Below, one piece after another: positions 48,267 to 56,580 of a stretch of 64,000 nt of DNA. Source of the stretch: a virus; IMG/VR virus record IMGVR_UViG_3300027863_000020, positions 86,818 to 150,817 of that record; one strand, written 5' to 3'. A program made the translations under genes and the position numbers. The notes beneath the pieces were generated by a model, which worked only from the letters and a program-made list of their open reading frames with translations, was not told where the DNA came from and searched no databases. How positions within the stretch are numbered: position 1 is the stretch's first letter; every line of letters begins with the position of its first letter.

Positions 48267-49096
48267 CACACACCGTCCAAGATACCATCAAGGTAATTTG
48301 CCGATTGCTGATTGATGTTCCCCTGTGTGTTCACCATCGGGGTATTGATCTGCGGGAACGGAGCATTGATCCGTGCCATCACATCGGGCGGTATCTGATC
48401 CGCTGTCAATGGTTGGATTGATGGCTGTGGGGGAGCGGGATACATCGGTGGAGGCGCAAATGTCGGGGTCGGGGTCGGAGAAGATTGAACCGATTGCGGT
48501 TCCGATGGTGCGGAGGGCTGTTTTGGTTCGTCCCCAAAATCCAATACGATTTCTTCGGTCGATTCCTGTGGATCGGGTGCGGGGGGAACCATCGCTCCCA
48601 TGTAATTCGGATTCGCTCCCTTCACCACCGTTTCGGGCAACTTGGACGCATCCTCGTTCGCCCCCATCAAGGATGCCTTGGGCGGGGGGAGCGGTTCGCC
48701 CAATGTGCGCTTGGTAGTCTTGTAAGGGGTTTCGGGTTCAACCACACCTTCGATACGAACACCCTTCTTCTGGATAGTGGTCGTTTGAGCCTGTGGAACC
48801 GCCTGTGGTGCGTTCTGGACGGGAATTGGTGCAGGGGCGGGGTTGGACTGCACTTGGGCTACCGTGGATGCCCACGGGTCTTCCTGTGGGGAATTCTGGA
48901 CGGGGATCGGGGTTGGACTGGACAGTTTCGCTTTGAGGGCTTCGTTTTCGGCCTTCAATGTTGCGTTCTCAATCAGGACAGTAGCCAAGGCCGTGATGCC
49001 GGGCCATGCCATAGCTTGCTGTGGATTTGCGAAATACCGATGAAAACCGCCTTTGACGATGGTATCGGTGACTTGTTGTTGGGTCAATTGGCTCAT
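48266..49096 (-). CDS. Pro/Gln-rich low-complexity protein
   Basis: AAGGAG RBS; promoter at 49133-49161. Confidence 0.7.
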   Translation of the reverse strand: MSQLTQQQVTDTIVKGGFHRYFANPQQAMAWPGITALATVLIENATLKAENEALKAKLSSPTPIPVQNSPQEDPWASTVAQVQSNPAPAPIPVQNAPQAVPQAQTTTIQKKGVRIEGVVEPETPYKTTKRTLGEPLPPPKASLMGANEDASKLPETVVKGANPNYMGAMVPPAPDPQESTEEIVLDFGDEPKQPSAPSEPQSVQSSPTPTPTFAPPPMYPAPPQPSIQPLTADQIPPDVMARINAPFPQINTPMVNTQGNINQQSANYLDGILDGV

Positions 49097-49132
49097 TTCA
49101 ACTCCTTTCGTGAACCTGTTTCCTAGACTGAA

Positions 49133-49161
49133 AATATGGATTGATCTGCAAAAAGCGTCAA
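49133..49161 (-). promoter_or_regulatory. class-2 promoter TTGACG-17-CATATT
   Basis: TTGACGCTTTTTGCAGATCAATCCATATT. Confidence 0.7.
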
Positions 49162-49685
49162 TTCTTCGTTCCCGTCACTACCTTGGGGGGTCGCTTGTCC
49201 ACAACCTTGATGGTTTTTGTGACCTTTTCGGGATCGGTCTTCTTGGCTCCATCGGCTTCCGCATCCCTGAAAGCCTCAATCGCCTTGAACACCCTGTCTT
49301 GGAACGCCATCGCAACCCGTCTGATCGCATCGGCATTGTCGAAGCGGAAACGGGTCTGGAACCTAACCCAAGTCTTCCCCTTGTCCTTGGACATGAACTT
49401 GGAGAAAACCGCCTCTGGAACGATGTCAGGGTTGCGAATGATGCGGACATCCAAGTCTTCGGTCTCTGGGAATGACACCAGATTGACGATGGACTGATCC
49501 CCTACATCATACGACTGCATGAGGACATCATAGCCATCGAGCCGATTTCTAGCGTCTGGAAGGACATAGGATGCCTTCTTGAGCGCACTGGATACCCGCT
49601 TCCAATGGGAGGCCAATTCCTCTGCGTATTGGGTAGGGGATTTGGCCTCTTCGAGCAAAGATGTTCGGATGTTCCGTTTCATCAA
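49158..49685 (-). CDS. late hypothetical protein (possible head-internal)
   Basis: N-terminal RTSLLEE; coupled to the 49682-50047 gene. Confidence 0.6.
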   Translation of the reverse strand: MMKRNIRTSLLEEAKSPTQYAEELASHWKRVSSALKKASYVLPDARNRLDGYDVLMQSYDVGDQSIVNLVSFPETEDLDVRIIRNPDIVPEAVFSKFMSKDKGKTWVRFQTRFRFDNADAIRRVAMAFQDRVFKAIEAFRDAEADGAKKTDPEKVTKTIKVVDKRPPKVVTGTKN

Positions 49686-50047
49686 TATCCACCGACACGG
49701 AAACCGAAGGTGATATTGACGGGCTTGCGGTCGCCATCAATTTCAACGGTCGATGTGAACCGATAATCACACGCCTGTACGATCTGGTCTTCACCCGCAT
49801 AAGGGCTTGGCTTGGAACTATCATAGGTTTCCTGAATGGACGCAATACGGAGAACATCCACAATGCTTTCATCGGAAATACCCTTGATATGGGTTTTGAG
49901 CCAAGTCGAAGCCATCCCCTTGATCGAATCGAACAGTTCGGGGGACTTGGACTCTTCGAGCATCCGATAGCCCTTCTGTGGGGTCTTATTGGGGGAGATA
50001 ATGGCATCCCCGCCCAAAAGATCATCAATTTCATCAAGCATGGACAT
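49682..50047 (-). CDS. late hypothetical protein with tag-like N-terminus
   Basis: MSMLDEIDDLLGG; CTAAATA at 50075-50081. Confidence 0.6.
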   Translation of the reverse strand: MSMLDEIDDLLGGDAIISPNKTPQKGYRMLEESKSPELFDSIKGMASTWLKTHIKGISDESIVDVLRIASIQETYDSSKPSPYAGEDQIVQACDYRFTSTVEIDGDRKPVNITFGFRVGGY

Positions 50048-50074
50048 ATAAACCTCTTTTGTTGATTACATCTA

Positions 50075-50092
50075 TATTTAGTTGCATAAATA
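50075..50092. promoter_or_regulatory. back-to-back divergent late promoters
   Basis: CTAAATA (-) at 50075-50081 and ATAAATA (+) at 50086-50092. Confidence 0.7.
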
Positions 50093-50144
50093 AGAGTAGA
50101 AACCCTCAAAACGGGTACGAAACAACCAAAACACGGAGATACAC

Positions 50145-50720
50145 ATGACAAAGAGAAGCGTACTTGAAGAACAGGTTGCGTACCTGTTGGAAGAAGAAAC
50201 CGACATCGAGACCACCGACCACCCCGGTCGTTCTGGTGAAAACCACAAATACAATGCTTCTTTGAAGCGTCTGGAAGAATCCAAGAAGCGTCTGCTCAAA
50301 GCACAGGACGAACTTGGTGATGAAGAGCTTTCCGAAGAAGACGAAGCCATCAAGGGCAAGATCGGCAAGGCCGTTGATGCCATTGATGATGCCATGAAGT
50401 CCATCAAGGAAGAGTCGGATGACTCGGACGAAGATGACGAAAACGGTGACGAAGATGTTGCCGAAGAAGGCAAGGGCAAGAAGAAGCTCCACCAGAACCA
50501 GAAGGGCAAGAAGCTCCACCAGAACGAAGATGGTGACGAAGATGGTGATGGTGAAGACAAGGACAAGAAGGTTACCGAAGAAGGCAAGGGCAAGAAGAAG
50601 CTCCACCAGAACGAAGATGGTGAAGATGATCCCGAATTCGTCAATGAAGAAGACGATGACTCCGATGAAGATGACGAAGGCAAGAATGTCGAAGAAGAAG
50701 GCAAGGGCAAGAAGAAATAA
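50145..50720 (+). CDS. acidic/basic repeat protein with N-terminal LEEQ tag (putative head-internal protein)
   Basis: KRSVLEEQVAYLLEE; repeats of EEGKGKKKLHQNEDG; GGAG RBS; terminator follows. Confidence 0.75.
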   Translation: MTKRSVLEEQVAYLLEEETDIETTDHPGRSGENHKYNASLKRLEESKKRLLKAQDELGDEELSEEDEAIKGKIGKAVDAIDDAMKSIKEESDDSDEDDENGDEDVAEEGKGKKKLHQNQKGKKLHQNEDGDEDGDGEDKDKKVTEEGKGKKKLHQNEDGEDDPEFVNEEDDDSDEDDEGKNVEEEGKGKKK

Positions 50721-50741
50721 CCTTCGTGCCACACGATCCAT

Positions 50742-50770
50742 AAAGAGACCCCTAGCGATAGGGGTCTTTT
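50742..50770. terminator. bidirectional terminator
   Basis: AAAGAGACCCCTA-gcga-TAGGGGTCTTTT. Confidence 0.85.
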
Positions 50771-50922
50771 CATTTTCCGATCCGCTTGTTTCGTATTTGG
50801 ATTTCGAGAGCGTATGATCTGAAGTTCCTGATCGACCGAATCCGCTTCCGTCTGTAACGAACGATCAATACCATAACCACCGAAACGACACACACGATTG
50901 AATATGCGATTAGATTGAGCAT
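50770..50922 (-). CDS. 50-aa membrane peptide (absent from ORF track)
   Basis: MLNLIAYSIVCVVSVVMVLIVRYRRKRIR...; promoter at 50929-50957, terminator after. Confidence 0.6.
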   Translation of the reverse strand: MLNLIAYSIVCVVSVVMVLIVRYRRKRIRSIRNFRSYALEIQIRNKRIGK

Positions 50923-50928
50923 ATTGAA

Positions 50929-50957
50929 AATGTGGTATCTAACTCGAATGTTGTCAA
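50929..50957 (-). promoter_or_regulatory. class-2 promoter TTGACA-17-CACATT
   Basis: TTGACAACATTCGAGTTAGATACCACATT. Confidence 0.7.
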
Positions 50958-50958
50958 T

Positions 50959-51513
50959 CTAATAAAGTCTTCGAGCATCAATTCTCGAATACCAGAAGGT
51001 TGTCAATTTGAACGGCTTTCCACTGATAATATCGGTTCTGGTTCCCAAATCCACCCGCAATGCCTCTTCTTCCTTGAACATAGGAAGAACTGCATTGAGA
51101 TTGATTCGATTTTCCCCGACATAATGGTCTTCTACGATGGTCAAGTCAATCGAATCAAGGAATGGAAGGAACAGATTGAAGGTCTTTAGGCCACCAAGGA
51201 CATACAGGTTCTTGAATGGAGACCGACCGAACTCATCAAGGACATCGGTGACATTGGGGAGATAGAGCACATTGTCCCGTATTCCCTGTGTCACCTTTTC
51301 GGTCATAACGATATTGAAGCATTCTGGATATGTTTTCTTCCCACGGAGAAGGAATGCACCATACCCCATGACAACTACGCTATTCTTCGTCAATTCTAGG
51401 ATATGTTCCGACACACGGGAGAAGTCATACATCGGAATACCGCCTATGGAAAAATACCCATCCTTGTTCGTACAGAGAATGGCATGAATACCTTTACCAA
51501 TACCCCCCATCAT
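50959..51513 (-). CDS. degenerate dihydrofolate reductase-like protein
   Basis: LTKNSVVVMG, NIVMT, YVLGGLKTF..FLP..D.IDLTIV; ATGA-coupled to patatin. Confidence 0.7.
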   Translation of the reverse strand: MMGGIGKGIHAILCTNKDGYFSIGGIPMYDFSRVSEHILELTKNSVVVMGYGAFLLRGKKTYPECFNIVMTEKVTQGIRDNVLYLPNVTDVLDEFGRSPFKNLYVLGGLKTFNLFLPFLDSIDLTIVEDHYVGENRINLNAVLPMFKEEEALRVDLGTRTDIISGKPFKLTTFWYSRIDARRLY

Positions 51514-52343
51514 TTGTTGATCCAGTCCAAGATTTCTGTTTTGTTTGCCAGCCAGTGATTGTACCAAATCATCTCATAGGCATCCATTGAACTGATCGAA
51601 TCAAGGGCGTAGCCAGTGGTCAAATGGGGTTCGACACGGAAATATCGGTTCCCCATCAATCTGGACGCATAGAATCCAGTGACATCTTCGGTGCATTGAA
51701 GCTCGAATTTGATGATTCGGTTAGCCCATTGAAACATATTCAAGTTCTCGGAGATTTCTGAACCATGATAGAAGTCACCATTGGTTCCGATTGACAGAAC
51801 ACGAATCTGGGTAGGATCAACCTTGTTCTTGTCGGCATAACCCGCAACACCGACCAGAGCAGGGTTGTTCCCCCATAGGCCACCATCCGCAAAGCGATTC
51901 GCAACGGGAGGAAAGTAGGTTGGGGCGGCGGTGGATTGAAGTACGGCATCACGCACTAGGATGTCATCGGAGCGGTCATACACCTTGGGTTTTCCAATCT
52001 TGAAATCGGAAGTGGTGATGAATGTAGGGATGATGAGTTGCGACATCTTGGTATCGCCAAGGTACTTCTTGAGAATGGCCTTGAGATTTTCATTGTCGTA
52101 TTTCGGCTTCAGTGGATTGACTCTCCACATGAACGATGGCTTCTTGAAGATACCCGCACCTTCGGTCTTGAAGATGTTGTACACCTGATCCCACGACTTT
52201 CCCATGCCCCGCAAAGCCGCAATGATAGCCCCGACCGATGTACCCGCAACAAAGTCTTCGTTATTGTAATTGAGTTCCTTGAGGAACCGTGCCGATCCGA
52301 TTCCAAGGATTCCACCACCGTCAATCGTGATTCCAGTCCGCAT
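51510..52343 (-). CDS. patatin-like phospholipase (CapV-like architecture)
   Basis: IDGGGILG, AGTSVG, STAAPTYFP, FADGGLWGNNP, VLSIGT. Confidence 0.92.
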   Translation of the reverse strand: MRTGITIDGGGILGIGSARFLKELNYNNEDFVAGTSVGAIIAALRGMGKSWDQVYNIFKTEGAGIFKKPSFMWRVNPLKPKYDNENLKAILKKYLGDTKMSQLIIPTFITTSDFKIGKPKVYDRSDDILVRDAVLQSTAAPTYFPPVANRFADGGLWGNNPALVGVAGYADKNKVDPTQIRVLSIGTNGDFYHGSEISENLNMFQWANRIIKFELQCTEDVTGFYASRLMGNRYFRVEPHLTTGYALDSISSMDAYEMIWYNHWLANKTEILDWINK

Positions 52344-52348
52344 AAAAA

Positions 52349-52380
52349 CTCCTATGGTTTAATTACCCATAGGTATTTAT
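52349..52380 (-). promoter_or_regulatory. late promoter ATAAATA plus RBS-sequestering hairpin
   Basis: ATAAATA-CCTATGG-gtaattaaa-CCATAGG-AG-tttttATG. Confidence 0.7.
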
Positions 52381-52383
52381 GCG

Positions 52384-52878
52384 TCAATTTGTCGGAAGGG
52401 GTGGGCGAACCAGATTTCTCAATGTAGATGTGAAATTGCTAGTGATTTTCTTTCGCCTTCTGTTTGGCTTCGTTGGATTCGCTTTCCGATATTCAAGAAT
52501 GCGGTCAATCTTCTCATTCGTCAATTTCTTCGCTTCGACAACCAACGGAACAATATCGAGAACGATTCCTGTCTCATACCAGAAGTCGAATTGATAAAAG
52601 AAGTCATCCATAGGCTCGTATTCATAATCCCGTGGCTTGTAGTGATGAGCACCGTATAGGCAATAAAGCTCTCCATCAATTCCGAAATTGAACGGACGGA
52701 AATTGACTCTCCCGATTGACACGCCATTGTGTGATACGAAGATGCGACACCACCGACCACCATCCCAAGCAACGCCTTGACGGTTCAACTCGAACTTGTA
52801 TTTCGGGAATGCGGTACGAACCGCATTGACGAACTCGCCAATGTCGATTCCAGTTTTCTCTTTGTCTCTAAAGACCAT
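52384..52878 (-). CDS. hypothetical protein
   Basis: Tiling with neighbours. Confidence 0.6.
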   Translation of the reverse strand: MVFRDKEKTGIDIGEFVNAVRTAFPKYKFELNRQGVAWDGGRWCRIFVSHNGVSIGRVNFRPFNFGIDGELYCLYGAHHYKPRDYEYEPMDDFFYQFDFWYETGIVLDIVPLVVEAKKLTNEKIDRILEYRKANPTKPNRRRKKITSNFTSTLRNLVRPPLPTN

Positions 52879-53119
52879 ATTTCGCCCGTTCCTTCTTGGA
52901 CAACTTGTTCAAGTTCCTACCATTGACAACTCCCTGCAATGAGTGGAGTTTATCGAAATAGTGATACATTTTCGCCCATCGACCACTGTACCGATCACCA
53001 CGCTTGTTCAACCTTTTCATCGCCCTGTCATGCCTCTTCCGCATATTCGGGGATAACTTCTTCGATGGTGGATTGAACAACTGATTGAGGAACGAAATGA
53101 ACATACGGATGTAATTCAT
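52868..53119 (-). CDS. small basic hypothetical protein
   Basis: GAGG RBS; ATGA overlap. Confidence 0.55.
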   Translation of the reverse strand: MNYIRMFISFLNQLFNPPSKKLSPNMRKRHDRAMKRLNKRGDRYSGRWAKMYHYFDKLHSLQGVVNGRNLNKLSKKERAKYGL

Positions 53120-53262
53120 CGCACCCTCACTGGATCATTGACGAACTTGATGTGCTTCAATTTACGAAGAGACGATGCCATTTCCATCGCCTCTTTATGG
53201 CTAGATGCAAACGCACAATTTGGAAGGAAGTCGGCTTGATAATCAACCCGCCATTCTTCCAT
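53116..53262 (-). CDS. 48-aa hypothetical protein (absent from ORF track)
   Basis: MEEWRVDYQADFLPN...; fills the gap and is ATGA-coupled. Confidence 0.45.
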   Translation of the reverse strand: MEEWRVDYQADFLPNCAFASSHKEAMEMASSLRKLKHIKFVNDPVRVR

Positions 53263-53270
53263 TGATTGAT

Positions 53271-54062
53271 TTAATCCATGAGCCACTGGACGGTTCCTTC
53301 TTCATACATTTCAAGCTCTTCGTTGTCATAACGAATGTACCCATCAAATCGCTCTCCCTTATCCGATAGAGCAAACTGTTTGAAGTGGGCAAGGACTGTC
53401 TTGTGGTTATTGGTGAACTGCGGGTCGAATCCCCGTTGGAAGATCAACCAGAAGTGCATACGCTCTTCAGTCCAGAACCAATAATTCTTGATCTTGTTCG
53501 TAGCCAAGAAGTTCATTCGGTCTTCGACTGCCTTGGTATCGGCAACGCCTTCGTAGATGTCCATGTAGCAAAGATCGCACTTCTGATTGACGAACTTTTC
53601 ACGGATGTCACCAACCACGAATTCGATCTTGGAGAATCCTTCCCTGTCACCATAGCATTCGGTGAAGTAATCGACTACCTTCTGCTGATATTCATAGACC
53701 ACGATCTTTTCGATGTGGGTCATGCCCATGATTCGAGCGACATAGTATCCAAGGCCAAGACCACCGACCACGACCGTCTTGATCTTTTTTTCGGAGGCCA
53801 ACTTGATAGGGATGTAATGGGTTTCGGCTTCCATCGGAGTAATCGACATCCACAACTTACCGTCAATTCGGAAGGTGGGGAAGTTCTCGATTGACCCAAA
53901 TGATTTGTAATATGCGCCATCAACCCGACCGAACATTTCAGGAACCATCTTCACAACGATTCCATTCTTCTCATACGGGACTGGATTGAACCGACCGATT
54001 TCCTTCTGGTAATAGTCGGGATCGAATGGGGACTCAACTGCTGTCTTTGCTTTCTTTGCCAT
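53271..54062 (-). CDS. class I SAM-binding protein, spermidine-synthase-like methyltransferase
   Basis: WMSITPME, VVVGGLGLGY, IVVYE, VVGD, DLCYMDI. Confidence 0.75.
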   Translation of the reverse strand: MAKKAKTAVESPFDPDYYQKEIGRFNPVPYEKNGIVVKMVPEMFGRVDGAYYKSFGSIENFPTFRIDGKLWMSITPMEAETHYIPIKLASEKKIKTVVVGGLGLGYYVARIMGMTHIEKIVVYEYQQKVVDYFTECYGDREGFSKIEFVVGDIREKFVNQKCDLCYMDIYEGVADTKAVEDRMNFLATNKIKNYWFWTEERMHFWLIFQRGFDPQFTNNHKTVLAHFKQFALSDKGERFDGYIRYDNEELEMYEEGTVQWLMD

Positions 54063-54091
54063 GTTTTCAACCTATCGTAAATGATGACGGA

Positions 54092-54301
54092 CTATTTTAC
54101 CAAGTGCGAGACATTGTTGATTCTCAAAACCCACTGCCCACGCTTGTTCTTAAATGGAGTCGCTTTAGACATTTCGGAAAGAATGTTCTGGATGTCGTGT
54201 ATCGACACTTCAGATTCCATTGTTTTCGGAAAAATCAGAGCAATATCGACACGACCATTTTCTTCAATTTTCAAGAACTCAACATCTTTCCGCATACCCA
54301 T
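54092..54301 (-). CDS. hypothetical protein, first gene of early operon
   Basis: AAGGAG RBS; promoter at 54327-54355. Confidence 0.6.
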   Translation of the reverse strand: MGMRKDVEFLKIEENGRVDIALIFPKTMESEVSIHDIQNILSEMSKATPFKNKRGQWVLRINNVSHLVK

Positions 54302-54326
54302 CGTGAACTCCTTTGCTTACACTTTG

Positions 54327-54355
54327 AATATACTCAATGTATCTTGTATAGTCAA
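54327..54355 (-). promoter_or_regulatory. early-type promoter with ACAAGATACA box
   Basis: TTGACT-ATACAAGATACATTGAG-TATATT. Confidence 0.85.
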
Positions 54356-55122
54356 TAGTATAAATAAAATTTTCCTTGATTTATCAAGAAAACACCATCG
54401 GAGCAATTGAGGGTGTATCCATTCAGATAGGGGAGCATTCCGTCCAATTCGGTGTCCTTCAATATCAATTTGGTGGAACTGGCTACTATTTCCACATGAT
54501 GCGAGTCTCCCATCACGCCCCGTCCAGTGCAATTGTACCCGAACAGAATGGGGGAATCTTCTGGATGCGGAACGAATGCCAACCGCTTGAACATCCTGTC
54601 AATCAAGTCGGAGTCTTCGCCCGTGTTTTTGTCGCTGAATCCACCCATCGACAAGATGAGTTTGCGACTTGCGAACAGGGTTGGTTCGATGATGAGCCAA
54701 GGACGATCCGCTTTACCACCGACATCCTTTCGGAGAAGGTATGCGGTCTTCTTCTGCTCAAAGACATGGATGTATCGGGAGAATGCGGTGAAGGCTACAT
54801 CCCGACTCTGATTGACGATTGAAAGCTGATATGCCAATCTGTCGGGATGGTGGATGTCATCGTCATCGAATGTGGCAATCCACGGCCTTGTCGCTTCGTG
54901 TACGCCCCTGTTTCGTTTAGACCCTAGCGTCCCCTCATGGGATACTACCTTGGCATTTACGCCCTTGGAAACGGTCAATAACCACTCATTGAACTTGTCC
55001 CCATCGGAGTGGATTATGATGAGTTCCTTCTGCACGATGGTCTGCTTCGAGAACATTGAAATGGCACGGACGATGTAGTCTTCCCGCCCCAATTGAGCAA
55101 GCATGATACAGGAAACGCTCAT
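54352..55122 (-). CDS. GT2 glycosyltransferase
   Basis: VSCIM, QT...ELII, LGSKRNRG, IATFDDDDIHHPDRL..Q, GEDSDL. Confidence 0.88.
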   Translation of the reverse strand: MSVSCIMLAQLGREDYIVRAISMFSKQTIVQKELIIIHSDGDKFNEWLLTVSKGVNAKVVSHEGTLGSKRNRGVHEATRPWIATFDDDDIHHPDRLAYQLSIVNQSRDVAFTAFSRYIHVFEQKKTAYLLRKDVGGKADRPWLIIEPTLFASRKLILSMGGFSDKNTGEDSDLIDRMFKRLAFVPHPEDSPILFGYNCTGRGVMGDSHHVEIVASSTKLILKDTELDGMLPYLNGYTLNCSDGVFLINQGKFYLYY

Positions 55123-55982
55123 CGGTTCTCCACGGATTCAACGATTTCGGTTAGCTTGACGATCAATTCCTTAACCTGTGGAATTGTCAATTGAACATAG
55201 TCGGTGTCTATGTTCTGAATTGTCAATTCAACTTCGGCTCCCGTCTGCTCATAAAAGACAGGATCGTTCACCGTGAGGTAGTCACCAATCTTTGTTTTCA
55301 TACCATACCCGTAAATGTCGTTGAGGTTCCGCTGTACCATGAGAGTACAGGCGCAATCGTAGATAGCCGTGTGTGGGTTGGGACGCTCGAACGGATTGGC
55401 ATTTCCATATCGGAGATACCATTTACCATGCTCCAATGTCCGCATGAGGAAGTCGATGGTTCCTTTCAAGTCGAACTGCTTGACAAGGTTTTGGAGGGAG
55501 CACGAAGTTTTCTCAATCTTGCCTTCTTCCATCAAGAGCTTATAGCCCGTCTTGGTGTCAATGATGTGCTCTGGCTTGATGAAGTCCGTCAATTTCCATC
55601 CCCAATTCATACCCTCAATCATGTTGATGTCGTATTGAGGAAAGCTACCCACCATATAGACTTCAAGGTCTTGCCCGTATCTGTCCTTGGCTAGAAAGAT
55701 CGTTCGCTCGATTGCGTATTTGATGTCATCTTTCCAATCGGCATCGGATTCTCTCTTGTCAAGCTCTTCATGGGTCACACCACCCACGGTCAATGCTTCT
55801 TCGGTGCGTTCCCGACCAACGGGGTTGAATTCCCAATACCCAAGGTATTCGGGACGGACGGAGAAGATAGGGGAATTCGGAACGATGATTTCACCGATGA
55901 ATCCAAGCGAATGAACCCCGTTCTTTTCTGGATCGAATCCAGTGGTTTCGGTATCGAGATGTAGAATTAGGCTATGTGACAT
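55119..55982 (-). CDS. DnaQ/DEDDh 3'-5' exonuclease
   Basis: LDTETTG, YDI, IDT, HTAIYDC. Confidence 0.85.
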   Translation of the reverse strand: MSHSLILHLDTETTGFDPEKNGVHSLGFIGEIIVPNSPIFSVRPEYLGYWEFNPVGRERTEEALTVGGVTHEELDKRESDADWKDDIKYAIERTIFLAKDRYGQDLEVYMVGSFPQYDINMIEGMNWGWKLTDFIKPEHIIDTKTGYKLLMEEGKIEKTSCSLQNLVKQFDLKGTIDFLMRTLEHGKWYLRYGNANPFERPNPHTAIYDCACTLMVQRNLNDIYGYGMKTKIGDYLTVNDPVFYEQTGAEVELTIQNIDTDYVQLTIPQVKELIVKLTEIVESVENR

Positions 55983-55991
55983 GAGTTCCTT

Positions 55992-56270
55992 TTATGGATC
56001 GAGTGCGTACACAACAAACCAATCACCCCTTGGAGTAGGAACGGTTATCATTCCCACAATCAGGTGTTGGCGACAATAGTAATAATGGGTGATATTCGCA
56101 TCTTCTTTATCGGTCGATACGGATATTTCGGACAAGTAATTGTACTCATCGGAAGTCATATCCCAAAAAGATTGCATGGGTGTTATGAAACACTCATGCA
56201 CATCTTCTGGGATATTTTCCGCTATTTTGGGGAATCGCTCTTTAAGCGGATTGGGCATCTTTTTTGGCAT
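55992..56270 (-). CDS. hypothetical protein
   Basis: Start uncertain; overlaps the upstream gene. Confidence 0.45.
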   Translation of the reverse strand: MPKKMPNPLKERFPKIAENIPEDVHECFITPMQSFWDMTSDEYNYLSEISVSTDKEDANITHYYYCRQHLIVGMITVPTPRGDWFVVYALDP

Positions 56271-56571
56271 ATAGCTCTGTCCAGAGGTTCGACTTGCAAA
56301 TGTCCCGACCCATTTCAAACCGCTCAATCGGGATTTCATTTGCAATCGTATTCACTTCAATTTTCCGAATATCGTCTTCAGCCGTGGAAGGGATTGGGAA
56401 GAACCAAACCATCTTGGCTTCCGCATAATTGATCTGTTCGGTACGGTTGGCCTCAATGAACACGATGTCCTTGAATCCTTCCTCTTCCATCACGAATTCA
56501 GCAAGTCGCTTTCCGATTTCCGTATCAAGGGAGAATCCGACCAGATAGATTTTGAACCTTCCAATTGGCAT
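56242..56571 (-). CDS. hypothetical protein
   Basis: AGGGGG RBS. Confidence 0.55.
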   Translation of the reverse strand: MPIGRFKIYLVGFSLDTEIGKRLAEFVMEEEGFKDIVFIEANRTEQINYAEAKMVWFFPIPSTAEDDIRKIEVNTIANEIPIERFEMGRDICKSNLWTELYAKKDAQSA

Positions 56572-56580
56572 AAAGCCCCC

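Noticed and set aside
50455-50718. Direct repeats resembling a CRISPR array
   Set aside because: In-frame coding repeats with irregular, low-complexity spacers; no cas genes or leader
50078-50893. Ser-rich and hydrophobic - strand ORFs (271 and 211 aa)
   Set aside because: Mirror frames of the GAA/GAT/AAG-rich + strand gene, which has the promoter, RBS and terminator
51510-52343. Complete CBASS system
   Set aside because: No CD-NTase or Cap2/Cap3 nearby; only a patatin under late control
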